DNA of 64,000 nucleotides from Histomonas meleagridis 2922-C6/04-290x (lineage: Eukaryota > Protista > Parabasalia), in assembly GCA_020184695.1 (NCBI GenBank), contig JAANOX010000191.1:124001-188000 (forward strand), in the 5' to 3' direction. The notes under the pieces were generated by a model, which did no database searches, was not told the DNA's origin, and was given only the letters and a program-made list of their open reading frames with translations. Positions 43,708 through 55,400 of the stretch are shown piece by piece. Position numbers and translations under genes: made by a program. Positions within the stretch are counted from its first letter, which is position 1. Each line of letters opens with the position of its first letter.

Positions 43708-46700
43708 ATGATTTGGTGCCTTTATTTCACAATATTTCTATCTCACTCAAAGGAAACTTTTATTGAAAGTAATAGTACATTAATTATTTACAGTAATAGT
43801 GAGTTTACACAAGAGTATCAAAATCTTACAAAACATGTTTTAATTAATGGTGAAGTTAACACAATACCTCAAAGGGAATTTCTTTTGTGGACCAATCTTA
43901 TTTCAGCAAGCATCGGCAATTCCGTAAAAACAATTGAGCAAAATGCCTTTAATTCATGTAAATCTCTTGTAACAGTTACTCTTGGAGAAAACTTAGAAAT
44001 AATTCAATCCGGTTCGTTTTATTTTTGTGTGTCATTAAAAAGTATTATCATTCCAAATTCCATCACATCAATCAGTAATTCCTTATTTTTTGCGACTCAG
44101 TTAAAAAAAATCACATTGCCAAATTTAGTCACATCAATTGGTTCTTATGCATTTTGTGATTGCACACATTTAGAAACAGTTATATTTTCTGAAAATACTA
44201 AAGAAATTGGCGCAAGCGCATTTAAATCTTGCCACGCATTAAAAGACATTATAATTCCTAATTCTGTAACATCAATTGGCAATGAAACATTTTATATGTG
44301 TCATAAATTAAAAACAGTTAAATTCAGCGAAAATCTTGAAACAATTGGCACTGGCTTATTTGATTATTGCAATTCATTGAATGATATTATAATACCAAAT
44401 TCATTAACTTCAATTGGAAGATTTATGTTTCGTGGTTGTTCAGCATTAAACAATATTACACTTCCAAATTCAATAACAATAATTGAAAATTCTGCTTTTT
44501 ATTCTTGTCCAAGTTTGGTAAATATAATAATTCCTGATTCCGTAATTACTATTGAAGACTCTGTATTTTTTTGGTGTACAAATTTGAAAAGTATAATAAT
44601 TCCAAATTCAGTTACGTCAATTGGACAATACGCATTTTCTTTATGTTCTTCTTTAGAAAGTATAATAATTCCAAACAAAATTAACGAAATTAGTAACTCC
44701 TTATTTAGTCAATGCTCTTCATTAACAAATATCACAATTCCAGATTTAGTTACTTCGATTGGAATGATTGCATTTTCTTATTGCACGAAATTAGAAACAG
44801 TTATTTTTATGGGAAATAATATTAAAACATTTAATTATGAATCATTTGAATATTGTGAATCATTATTCAATATAACAATTCCGAACTCAGTTACTTCGAT
44901 TGGTGATGAAGTGTTTTTAGAATGTTCAAATTTAGAAAATATTTTTTTGGGTGAAAATGTTATAACAATTGGAAAAAACGCATTTAAATCTTGTATAAGT
45001 TTGAGAAATATTTCTTTCTCAAATACAATTATGATAGGAAGTGGATGCTTTATGCATTGTAAAAATCTTAAATCTATTCATTTACCGAAAATAGAAAATT
45101 GTTCAAATAATTGTTTTACTGAATGTATTTCTTTAGAGAAAATTGATTTACCTTCAATTAAAAATATTGGAAATTCTTCATTTTCATGTTGTTGTATTAT
45201 AAATAAAATTGATTTCCCAAATGTTATATTCGTTGATGATTTAGCATTTACTAATTGTTTTTCTTTAACTTTCGTTAATTTACCAAAAGTTAAAAAAATC
45301 GGAAATAGAATATTCGAAAAATGTATTTATTTAGTCGAATGTATATTTCCAGATTTAACTGAAGCTGGTGATTACGTATTTTCTTCATGTGCATCAATTA
45401 CAACATTTAAAGCGCCAAAATTAACAATTTGTGGAAAATATTTATTTCAAGAACAAAAAGTAATCGAAAATTTCGAAATGGGAAGTTTAGAAAATGCATC
45501 TGATTACTTATTTTCAAATCAGATAATTTATACAATAAAAATTCCAAATTGTAAAGAGTTTGGAATTTCATGTTTCGAAAATTCAAGTTTTAGAATCAAT
45601 TATGCAAAAAATGTAGTACAATTTAATGTTACGAAAGTTGGCGATAAATGTTTTTATAATTTTGATAACACAGAAACAATTGTTTTCCCATATTTACAAA
45701 TCATTGGAATTTCTTCATTTTCTAACAGTAAAATTAAATGTGATTTTCCTTCGTTAATAACTTGTAATGATTTTGCATTTCAAAATTCTCAAATTACCAA
45801 ATTCATAGCACCAAAATTGAAATTTATTGGAAAAAATGTGTTTACAGGTACAAATTTACAAAGTTTTATTGCAAATAATTTGATTGAAATTGGTGACGGT
45901 TGTTTCAAAAATCAAAATGAACTTCAAAAATTAAATATTGAAAATGTCGAAAAACTTGGAAACGAATGTTTTATGAATTCATCACTTAAAGTAATTAATT
46001 TTTCAAAGTTAAATCATATTGGATCAAAATGTTTTTCATATTGTAAAGATATCGAATATTTCGATTGTAGTAATCTCATTATTGAAATTGGTTCGAATGC
46101 ATTTCAGTCATGTGAAAACATTAAATCGATTTCTATTCCAAATTTAATAAAAGTTAATGCAAATACATTTGATAATTGTCATAAGTTACAAAATGTTTAT
46201 TTGCCAAAATTACAAATTATTGGCGATAATTCATTTAGTAATTGTATATCATTAACTAATATATCATTTAATGAAGTTTCATTAATTGGAATTTCTTCTT
46301 TTGAAAATTGTAATAATTTACAAAATATTAATTTACCAAATTTAAATGAAATTGAAGAAAATTCATTTAAAAATTGCGTTTCATTAAATAATGTTTCATT
46401 TCCCAATGTTTCAATAATTAAAGATTCAGTTTTCGAAAATTGTATAAATTTGGAAATAATTAATCTGAATAATGTTAAAGAAATTGGTTCAAAATGTTTT
46501 TCTAATTGTTCCAAGTTAAAACAAATTTCATTAGAAAACGTTATGACAATTGAATCGTTTACATTTTCAAATTGTGTTTCACTCGAAACGATCGAATTGA
46601 AAAAATTGGAAACGATCAAAACCAATTCATTCGAGAATTGTAAATCACTCAAAATTATGATTTTCGAAAATTTGCTCAAAATCGAAGGAGATTCTAACTT

Positions 46701-47202
46701 TAAAGGCTGTTCTTCACTAACATTTATTCACGCGCCTTTATTGCATACAGTGCCACCAGACTCCAAGCATATTTTTGAAAATTGTTCATCATTATCAATT
46801 GTATCATTTCCAGATCAGCCACCTAATTTTGATTCCAAAGTTTTTGAAAACACAAATCGAGACAAAATTCACAAAAAAGGACATTTTGTATATGACATTA
46901 CATTGTGTTTACCATTTGTTAAAAACTATGAAAATTATAACGTTAATGATACGGAAGAATGGAATCAAATTCTTGCAGTTAAACCCGAAAATTATTTCGA
47001 CGTTTGTAAATATACTAAAGATTCAAAATCGAATCAAAAAGGTTTGATTATTGGCGTAACTATTGGCGGAGTCGCATTGGTCGCAATAATTGTCGTTGTC
47101 TCTGTGCTGTTGTACAAGAAAAATATAAAGAACAGAAGACTGAGAAATGAAATTGATGAACACATTTTACTTACTTCGGCTGTTGTAAACGATTTCGGAT
47201 AA
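43708..47202 (+). CDS. BspA-like leucine-rich repeat (TpLRR/LRR_5) type I membrane surface protein
   Basis: Signal-like N-terminus; many IxIPNSVTSIGxxAFxxCxSL repeats (23 aa, then mostly 22-aa LPxxxxIGxxxFxxC type); TM GLIIGVTIGGVALVAIIVVVSVLL; short cytosolic tail. Confidence 0.93.
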   Translation: MIWCLYFTIFLSHSKETFIESNSTLIIYSNSEFTQEYQNLTKHVLINGEVNTIPQREFLLWTNLISASIGNSVKTIEQNAFNSCKSLVTVTLGENLEIIQSGSFYFCVSLKSIIIPNSITSISNSLFFATQLKKITLPNLVTSIGSYAFCDCTHLETVIFSENTKEIGASAFKSCHALKDIIIPNSVTSIGNETFYMCHKLKTVKFSENLETIGTGLFDYCNSLNDIIIPNSLTSIGRFMFRGCSALNNITLPNSITIIENSAFYSCPSLVNIIIPDSVITIEDSVFFWCTNLKSIIIPNSVTSIGQYAFSLCSSLESIIIPNKINEISNSLFSQCSSLTNITIPDLVTSIGMIAFSYCTKLETVIFMGNNIKTFNYESFEYCESLFNITIPNSVTSIGDEVFLECSNLENIFLGENVITIGKNAFKSCISLRNISFSNTIMIGSGCFMHCKNLKSIHLPKIENCSNNCFTECISLEKIDLPSIKNIGNSSFSCCCIINKIDFPNVIFVDDLAFTNCFSLTFVNLPKVKKIGNRIFEKCIYLVECIFPDLTEAGDYVFSSCASITTFKAPKLTICGKYLFQEQKVIENFEMGSLENASDYLFSNQIIYTIKIPNCKEFGISCFENSSFRINYAKNVVQFNVTKVGDKCFYNFDNTETIVFPYLQIIGISSFSNSKIKCDFPSLITCNDFAFQNSQITKFIAPKLKFIGKNVFTGTNLQSFIANNLIEIGDGCFKNQNELQKLNIENVEKLGNECFMNSSLKVINFSKLNHIGSKCFSYCKDIEYFDCSNLIIEIGSNAFQSCENIKSISIPNLIKVNANTFDNCHKLQNVYLPKLQIIGDNSFSNCISLTNISFNEVSLIGISSFENCNNLQNINLPNLNEIEENSFKNCVSLNNVSFPNVSIIKDSVFENCINLEIINLNNVKEIGSKCFSNCSKLKQISLENVMTIESFTFSNCVSLETIELKKLETIKTNSFENCKSLKIMIFENLLKIEGDSNFKGCSSLTFIHAPLLHTVPPDSKHIFENCSSLSIVSFPDQPPNFDSKVFENTNRDKIHKKGHFVYDITLCLPFVKNYENYNVNDTEEWNQILAVKPENYFDVCKYTKDSKSNQKGLIIGVTIGGVALVAIIVVVSVLLYKKNIKNRRLRNEIDEHILLTSAVVNDFG

Positions 47203-47710
47203 ATTCATGTGAATATATTAATAAATGTATTCATCAATTCAAAAAAACCCAAAATTTTTGTTTCAATGAAATGTTATAAATTTGTAATCATTCTGATAAA
47301 TAAAAAAAGAAAAATTTAATCATTTTAAAGAGGAAAAGAAATTTGTAATTTCTTTTCACAATAAACAATGATTAACAAAAACAGAAAAATATTTTATTAC
47401 CACATTTCAACATTTTTTATTATTACTCAAATCCATTGTCCTCTTCTTCCGTTATCAATTTAATAAATTAAATTCATTGTTCACTTCTTCGTGATTTCCT
47501 CCCGTAGTTGATGCAAGTGATCAGTATAAGAAGTTCATTACTTAGTATTATCGTTATATAACGATAATAATTTTTTTCAAAAGTCTTACAAAAACAAAAA
47601 GCACAATACTAAACATCAAAGTTGGAAAATAACGAGGTGGCTTTGAACTAACCATACTAAAAATGACTCACATTTAGAACATACCACACCCCATTATTTA
47701 TTTATCTTAA

Positions 47711-48963
47711 TTACATTTGCTCAATGAATTTCTCTTCTTTGAAGTAATCTGCAAATGGATCTTCTTCAATGTATGAGATTGATATTCCTGTTGTAAATGT
47801 GTTTGTGGTTTGGTTATTATCATTTTGTTGTTCTGAAATTTCATTTTCATCAATTTCTTCTTTTTTATTTTTAATTCGAATCAATAATATAATAAGCAAT
47901 AAAATTATAATAACAACAACAATAACGCAAACGATTATTATGATAATTGTTGTTTTATTATCATTTGTTTGAATTTCATTATTATAAATAAATGTAAAGA
48001 AATTCGAATAATAATTGTAATATGTTGAATAAATAATAACTGTGTAATCATAATATATAAATTCTGTTTCAATATAAATACACGATGAATTAATTGTAAT
48101 TAATGCAATTGTCTTTGTTTGCGTTTCATAATAAGTAAATGAATATGCAATTGTCAATGTATACGTTAATGCATATGAAAATGTTAAATCGCTTTGAAAT
48201 GATTCAGTAAATGTATTACTAAAATGAATGTATGTAATTGAGAATATGTATTTGACTTAGTATCTGTATTACTTCGACTGAATGTATGTGATGCTGAAAA
48301 TGAAAGTGTTGGAATTGGTTTGCAGTTTCCTTCTGTATATGATTTGATAACATTTAATATCCCAAAGTTACTTTTGATATATGTTGGATATGTTATAACT
48401 GTTGTTGTAACATTAGAAAATGCATTTACTCCAATACTTGGTTCGTTAGTTCCATAATAATAAATACATTCAAGTGCATAACAATTACCAAATGCTGTTT
48501 CTCCAATTTCCGTTATTCCATTTCCAAGTGTTAATATCATTAAATTAAAACACAATGAAAATGCTAAACCACCAATCGTTGTAACTAAATTTGGAATTGT
48601 AATGTTTTTGATTGATGAACATGATGAAAATGCTCCACTACCAATCGTTGCAACATTTTCTCCAAAAATAATCCTTTCTAAATGTGAACATGACGATAAA
48701 ACATAATTCTTAATATCTGATAGAGAATTACCAAAATTAACTGAATTAACTGATGGCCATCCTGAAAATGCATTAATTGGAATGAAATAAATTCCTTCAC
48801 CGATATTTATAAATTTCGTGTTGTCTTTATATCGTTCAATTTCACTAAAATCATTTGAGTTTGTTATCGTTAATGTTGAAGTTATAAAATTATAATCAAT
48901 CCAAATTTTATCAATAAGTATAATTGAAAAGATTTATGAAAAATACAACAGAAATTAAAACAT
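47711..48963 (-). pseudogene. BspA-like surface protein pseudogene with stalk, TM and EEDPFADYFKEE tail
   Basis: ATG at 48963 is followed by two in-frame TAA in the signal peptide (MF*FLLYFS*IFS). An open LRR frame follows, then one frameshift near 48220 into the stalk/TM ORF ending at 47711. Confidence 0.8.
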
Positions 48964-49684
48964 TTTTATGTTTTTTCTTTTCGTTTGTTTTCAATTTGTT
49001 AATTAAAAATTAAATTTCAGAAAATAAAAAAAAAAAAAACCAAAATTAAAAAGTATATTAGAGCTTGAACATTTTCGTTGAATTTGAACATTTTCCTTGT
49101 GAAACTACTATTCGTTAAAAATGATAAATGTGCTTTTAATGAAAAATGATTAAACACTAAAGAAAAGAATTGGAAATAATGTTTAACATATGAAATCGGT
49201 AATTCTAACAAAGGGGAATGACACTGATATTAAATGGATTCGATTCATTACCTTTTAGCATAATAAAATTTGTGACTTTGATGGATACGTTCTTTTTATT
49301 AAGGCATGAGAACGTAAAGTATGTGTTCCATTTGGATTTTAAAGTAAGGCAAGGGGAGCGTTTGAGGGTTTGAGAAATAGATAATTGATCACTAAAAATC
49401 TTTTAGCCTAAGTTTTTTGGTGAGGTTTGTAATAAGCAAAAGCAAGAAGAAATAACATTCGTTCGAAAACTTGCTAGCAAGCAGTCAAAAACGATACAGA
49501 GAAAAGGCGATATAACTTTTTGAATAATAACGATAGAATCCTTCGCAATAAAATTTACAAAAAGTGGCTACGGTTGTTTGCTGACATTGAACGACAGGGC
49601 TTTCAAAAATTGATAGTATAAACGGTCGGAAGGTTTGTTTTTAAGCAAAACGCGTTAATTTAAGAATTTGCAAAAACGAATTAA

Positions 49685-50674
49685 ATGACGAATCATTTTT
49701 TCTCATCAGAATACTTCATAAGTGCAGTGTCAGATAGCCCTTTTGATCGTTGTTATTATAAGAAAAACGAATTTTCCCAAATTTTATGCGAAACATTTCG
49801 ACGTATTTTTCATTTTGATTGTTTATCAACTATTTCTCTTCAAGTTTTGATGATCTTCCCATTACTCTTTACGCTTTATGGATTTGGTATGCAACAGAGG
49901 CTTCGAAATTTCTATGACAAAACTCGCTTATTATTCATTGAATTTCTTCTCACACTTTCTTTTGGTGCAATTCTTAATCACATCATTACCATGTGGATGA
50001 GAGAGCCATACCCCTGTCTTAAATGGAAAAACGGGCATTCAGAAGAAATTAAAAATTCGTTCCGTACACCAAACAATGATATGTTCATAATTACATATAT
50101 ATCCTTTATCTTCACACAAGTTGATCTCGGTAACAAATGGATCCGTTATTTTATCTCACTTTTAATTATATTGTCAAATTGTATATGTTCTATATTTCAA
50201 GGATTTTCTTCGATATCACAAGTTCTTATAACACTTTCATTAACCCTTTGGATAGTCACTTTCTTCCGCTTCATCCCGCCAATTGGAGTTATCATTTTTT
50301 CTTGCATCAGCATCATCGGCGGTTTTATCGTTTTTGGATTGAATTACGCTGAATTTGGATGGGACTCAGTCGTACGTAGTTCTCTCGAAATGCTTATTAG
50401 AGGACTTACTCTTATCACTGCATCGTTATATCTCCTTATAAGATATAAAATGTCAAGGAAGACATTTTCATTGTTTAAAGTTTCTTGGATGAAAACAGAA
50501 GACGATGAAAGTAGTGACGATGCATATATTCCGAGTATGACAAGAAAAGATGATGATTTGGAATTCGCGCCAATCCTTAAGTTTGACCTATTGGATAGTT
50601 CTATAGCTTTTTTCATTTATTTGATTGGAAACTTTGGTTTAGTATATGATAAAATGTATCGATTCTTCGAATAA
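49685..50674 (+). CDS. Multi-pass membrane protein, possible degenerate PAP2-fold; paralog of 27733-28707
   Basis: MREPYPC...FRTPNND...FQGFSSISQVLITL; acidic loop then LKFDLLDSSIAFFIYL. Confidence 0.6.
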   Translation: MTNHFFSSEYFISAVSDSPFDRCYYKKNEFSQILCETFRRIFHFDCLSTISLQVLMIFPLLFTLYGFGMQQRLRNFYDKTRLLFIEFLLTLSFGAILNHIITMWMREPYPCLKWKNGHSEEIKNSFRTPNNDMFIITYISFIFTQVDLGNKWIRYFISLLIILSNCICSIFQGFSSISQVLITLSLTLWIVTFFRFIPPIGVIIFSCISIIGGFIVFGLNYAEFGWDSVVRSSLEMLIRGLTLITASLYLLIRYKMSRKTFSLFKVSWMKTEDDESSDDAYIPSMTRKDDDLEFAPILKFDLLDSSIAFFIYLIGNFGLVYDKMYRFFE

Positions 50675-51371
50675 GATTTAAATTTTTAGTAATTTTAATA
50701 AACGCTTTATACGATTACACTTTTTTTTAATATGTTATCCAAATTACACCAGTTTTTAAGGGTCTCGTCGTACCGTACGATCAAAATCAATTTTTTCAAT
50801 ACTTCCGAAAAAAACATGTTTTCATGTTTCATATTTCTTCTGATGTTGAAAAAAATCATTTGCTTATAATTCCTTTCAGACTGACTAGATCAAAACAAAA
50901 ACACAATTGCAGCAATAAAACGACGGTTTTCGATCGGAATAAACGTACATTAAGCAAAACAAAAATATACACCAGCTCATTCATTCGTTTTAGCAATAAT
51001 GAACATTACAATGAGAAACAACCCAATACGAAAATGATAAATTACGAACACAAATTCGATTTTTTGTGAAAGATATTCAAGGATCCTAAATAAACCTGAA
51101 TTAATAGGAAAAGTTTTTTGTCCTTTGAAACACCAATTGTTTAGTTAATGCTGGGATGTTTCATTCACATTTTATGTTTAACTTTGAAATCTGATGCGTA
51201 TGCTTGTTTTTATTTATAAAATTAAATGAACCTAAAATATTTTTTATTTAAGGTTTCATTTCTGTTAACAGGATAAATTGTACAAAATATGTACATCAAA
51301 AATGTCGTTGGAGAATTAGAACGCCAAACACTAGAATTATTGATCTGCCTCGTATTTATACTTTGTAACTT

Positions 51372-51648
51372 TTTAGCTATGTTACAAAATATTCTAAACT
51401 TTGAGTTTCGCAAAAATATTTGATTTCTGAATCTTTAACTTTATGTGAAAATCAGACTTCATACCTAGTAGCCTTATTCCTACAAGGCCTTTAGATGTTG
51501 AATTTTTTACATTTATCAAACCAGAATGTGATATGCTCAAAGCATATCGGCATCGTCAAGGTGTAAAAAACATAATACTGCAATATTACAAGCACTGTAA
51601 TAACTCTTGGTCAAAGAATGATTCTTTTCTCCGCCGTCAGGATTCCAC
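51372..51648 (-). pseudogene. Partial tandem duplicate of the adjacent Rab gene
   Basis: Clear nucleotide similarity to 51838-52111 (e.g. gatttctgaatctttaactttatgtgaaa and aaaacataatactgc), with frameshifts. Confidence 0.85.
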
Positions 51649-51681
51649 AAAAAAAGTAATAATAATAATTATAAAAATATT

Positions 51682-52380
51682 TTAGTTGCAGCATCCTTTG
51701 TTCTTCTTTGCATTTGTATTTGATTGGAGCTCGACAGTTTCACTTACCACCCTTTGTGTTCTTGGAATTCCGCTAATTTGATATGCTGATGTTAAAAAAA
51801 TGATTCTATTCATAACAGCCTCTACATTTTGCATATTTTTAGCTGATGTTTCGAAATATTCTAAACTATGAGTTTCGCAAAAATTTTTGATTTCTGAATC
51901 TTTAACTTTATGTGAAAGGTCAGACTTCATACCAAGTAACATTATTCCTATAAGGTCTTCAGATGTTGAGTTTTTAACGCTGTCAAGCCAGAATGCAACA
52001 TGCTCAAATGAGTCTGGATCGTGAAGTGAAAAACATAATACTGCGATATTACAAGCTCTATAATAACTCTTGGTTAAAGAATGATTCTTTTCTTCACCAG
52101 CAGTATCCCATAAATTGATTAAAAAATTTAATCCGTTAACAAAGCATTCAATCCCATGATATTCAACGCCCACAGTAACAATATAATTGGCTTGGAATTC
52201 ACCTGTTTCAATTGCTCTACAAAACGTTGTTTTCCCTACTGCATGATCGCCAACAAAAATAACTTTTGGTGCTTTTGTTGGTTTGATTAAATCACCAAAA
52301 GGAATTTTATCAAATTCTTTATGTAATTGGGAAAATTGCCCAAGTGCTGGCGTATTACTTAGTGTGTATTGTTTACTCAT
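51682..52380 (-). CDS. Rab-family GTPase (divergent, RabX-like)
   Basis: ATG at 52380. GDHAVGKT, TVGVEY, WDTAGEE, YYRAC, GMKSDL, ETSAK, C-terminal GCCN. Confidence 0.9.
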   Translation of the reverse strand: MSKQYTLSNTPALGQFSQLHKEFDKIPFGDLIKPTKAPKVIFVGDHAVGKTTFCRAIETGEFQANYIVTVGVEYHGIECFVNGLNFLINLWDTAGEEKNHSLTKSYYRACNIAVLCFSLHDPDSFEHVAFWLDSVKNSTSEDLIGIMLLGMKSDLSHKVKDSEIKNFCETHSLEYFETSAKNMQNVEAVMNRIIFLTSAYQISGIPRTQRVVSETVELQSNTNAKKNKGCCN

Positions 52381-52470
52381 TTTTAGTTGGTATGATAGGG
52401 CACCCCAAAAATAAAGCAAAAAAAATGACTTTAAATAAACAAAGTTTATACCTGTATTTAACTTTTATTT

Positions 52471-55400
52471 TTATATTTGCTCAATGTGCATCATCGAACG
52501 TGAGTTCTTGGCTTTTTCAACATTGATATCTTCTCTTATTTCCAACATTGTCTGGATTGCTCTAATAGGAGGAACATTTAATGGTTCCATATTATCACAA
52601 ATTTTTATCATTACGTGAATTGCTGTCATTCTTACCAACGATGGAAGTTCTTTCTTTGTTAATATTGATGATCCATTTAAAGGTCCGAACCATCCGACAT
52701 CTTCTTTACTCTTCACGTCAACCCTAAACAAACCAGTATGTAAAGGATAAATTATTATATGTGCTTGATTAAATTGAGATGTAATCATTTCAATATCATA
52801 TTCTAATTCATCTTCACACCATAAAATATGTACGTGATCATTACCAATATGTCTTTTTTTAAGAATTTGTTGTTCATCACCTTGAACAATTGGCATCAAT
52901 GGTGCAACATGAAACATAATTTCATATAAAGAATCCTCATAAAAAATAGATGTATTCCCATTAGTAAGTCCTTTTATATCGAGTCCTCCATCATATTTAT
53001 TATGAGTTTGTAAGTCAACATTCCAACCTATACCTTGTAGGAACTCTTTAAAATGTTTTGACGTATTTTCCCATTTAATAGTAAAAATCTCATTTTGATT
53101 TTGAACTCCTTTTGGTACATATAATATTGCAATTTTTGAAAAAAATCGATTAACATTTTTTATTAGGAATGAAAGTTTTGCTAGATTTTTAGCATCTGGT
53201 TCTATATAATATATTTCATTTGTTAAATATCCAAGTGAAGTAATCACATTAGAAAAATGTTTAAAATCTGTATTAGGTTTCCAAACAATATTTGATTGGA
53301 TTTTTGTTTTATATTTGGTATACAATGAATTTATTTGATTTATAAAATATTTATCATTTTCTGGTAATGAATCTTTTGTTGCTATTATTTTTTGAGTATT
53401 AAATTTTTGAGTTGTTATATCGAAAAATGATTTATTTTCCATTTTTAGTATTGTTTTTACTATTTTCTGATTTTTTACAAAATCCCAATTCGAAAATACA
53501 TCTTCACATTTTTGTTCAGTAAAACATTCATGGATATCTTGAAAATCCCAATAAAAATATTCACCTTTATGAAAAATATTTAATGAGACACCTTTATTAT
53601 GTTTTTTATAATTAATAACATTATAATTATGCAAAAAATAATTTTTATTATTTTCACAACTTTTAATATCAAATGTACATTTTTTAGAGAGATATGATGG
53701 AAATACTTTTACTCTTGTGGATAATTTATATATTAACATATTTATATGAATTTTTAATTTGCTATTTTCAGTATTTTCATAATAATATATTAAATTTTTT
53801 GCTGATTTTTGTAGAATTTTTGTTTGAATAGCCATATCATAAAAGTAAATTAATATTTCTGTAATCAAACTGAAAATATTTAAAATAAATTGAGGATCAT
53901 CATTAACATTTGGCCAAATTTTAGTGATTTTTTCAAAAATTTCTTTAAATCTTTTCATCTTTTTAAAATAATTATAATAAGTTATAATAATATTTTTTAA
54001 GATAATTGTTGCTTCAACAGAATTATATTTTTGTATTTGAACACACATTTCTAGCAAGATATATACAATAACATTTTCATTAGGATTATCTTTAATGATT
54101 TCATATGCACAATATACTGAATAAGCAGAAAGGAAATTTGTTAAATGTTTCAATTCAAATTTCATTTTCTTTATTAATTGAAATACTCTTTCTTCTAAAT
54201 TATTTCCTTCTTTATCTAATATTTCCATTGCTTTAACAATTAACGAATGATTATTTTTCACAATGTTTTTTATAGCTGTCAATAAATTATTGTTTTTTGA
54301 ATATGTGACTGAGAAAAGAGGAGTTAATGAAAGAAATGATATCTGATTTGGGTTTGGATTATTTTCAAGAAATGAAATTAAAATAGGAATTAATATATTT
54401 GATCCTGCAAAACCTACTGATAATGTTTCTACACAATTATCATATGCAAGTTCTGATAATTCATGATCTTTATGTAAAAGACAAACAATAACACAAGTAT
54501 ACCATTTCATAAGTATATTCATATCAAAAAGATATTTTGATTCAGATTTTAAAATAATATCTTTAAGAATTTTATAACTTGCTTTAAATATTCTTTCATT
54601 TGTTTGATAAAGAATGGAATCAAATAGGAAATTTCCACATATTTTTATGGTTGTATTATGTTCAAATTGAATAGATCTTGGAATTCTTGACAACTTTAAT
54701 AATGCACTTGCATAACTATTTAAAGCAGAATAAAGTCGAATTTGTACATTATCATCAAATTTTTTATAATCCTTAAATAAATCAATGAAAATGTCAATAG
54801 TTTCCAATTTTGGTTTGAAATTTAAAATATGAAAAGCAACTTTATTATTTGTATCAAACTCATATTTAATTGCTTCTGCTACTTTATATGGATTTTCAAG
54901 AATTTTTTCAAAGTTCAAAACAAACCAATCAAATTGACTTTTACTTTTTATTCTTTCTCTCCTTTGACTAAGAATCATGTTTTCCTTTATTGCTGCTTCT
55001 TGACTTAGATTAAATAATTTGGGAAATTGTAAAACAGCCAAGAATTTACAAAACTGTCCATTCACATCAGAATATATATCTGAGTTAATGATTTTCTCTT
55101 TAATAAATTCCCAAAATTTTTTGTTTTCGTAATTTTTCATCAATGCTACAGAAATAAGTGTAAAATAAAAAGAATACAAAAATGGTAATGATTTTTCATA
55201 TTGACGAAGTGCAATATCTATATAAATTAATAAATCATCTTTAACAACTGAAAACAAACTTCTAATCAAATCATAAACAAAAGCAGAAAAGAATACATTA
55301 TTTTGTATTGAAGAAGAATTAACACTTGATGAAATAAAAGTTTGATATACATCAATATGATTACTTACCAATTCTTTCATTGCTTTTTCAGAAATACAAA

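Noticed and set aside
48930-48963. Two in-frame TAA in a signal peptide suggesting TAA reassignment
   Set aside because: TAA is the normal stop for most conserved genes here (H3, RPL27, peroxiredoxin, SRP9), so pseudogenisation is the simpler explanation.
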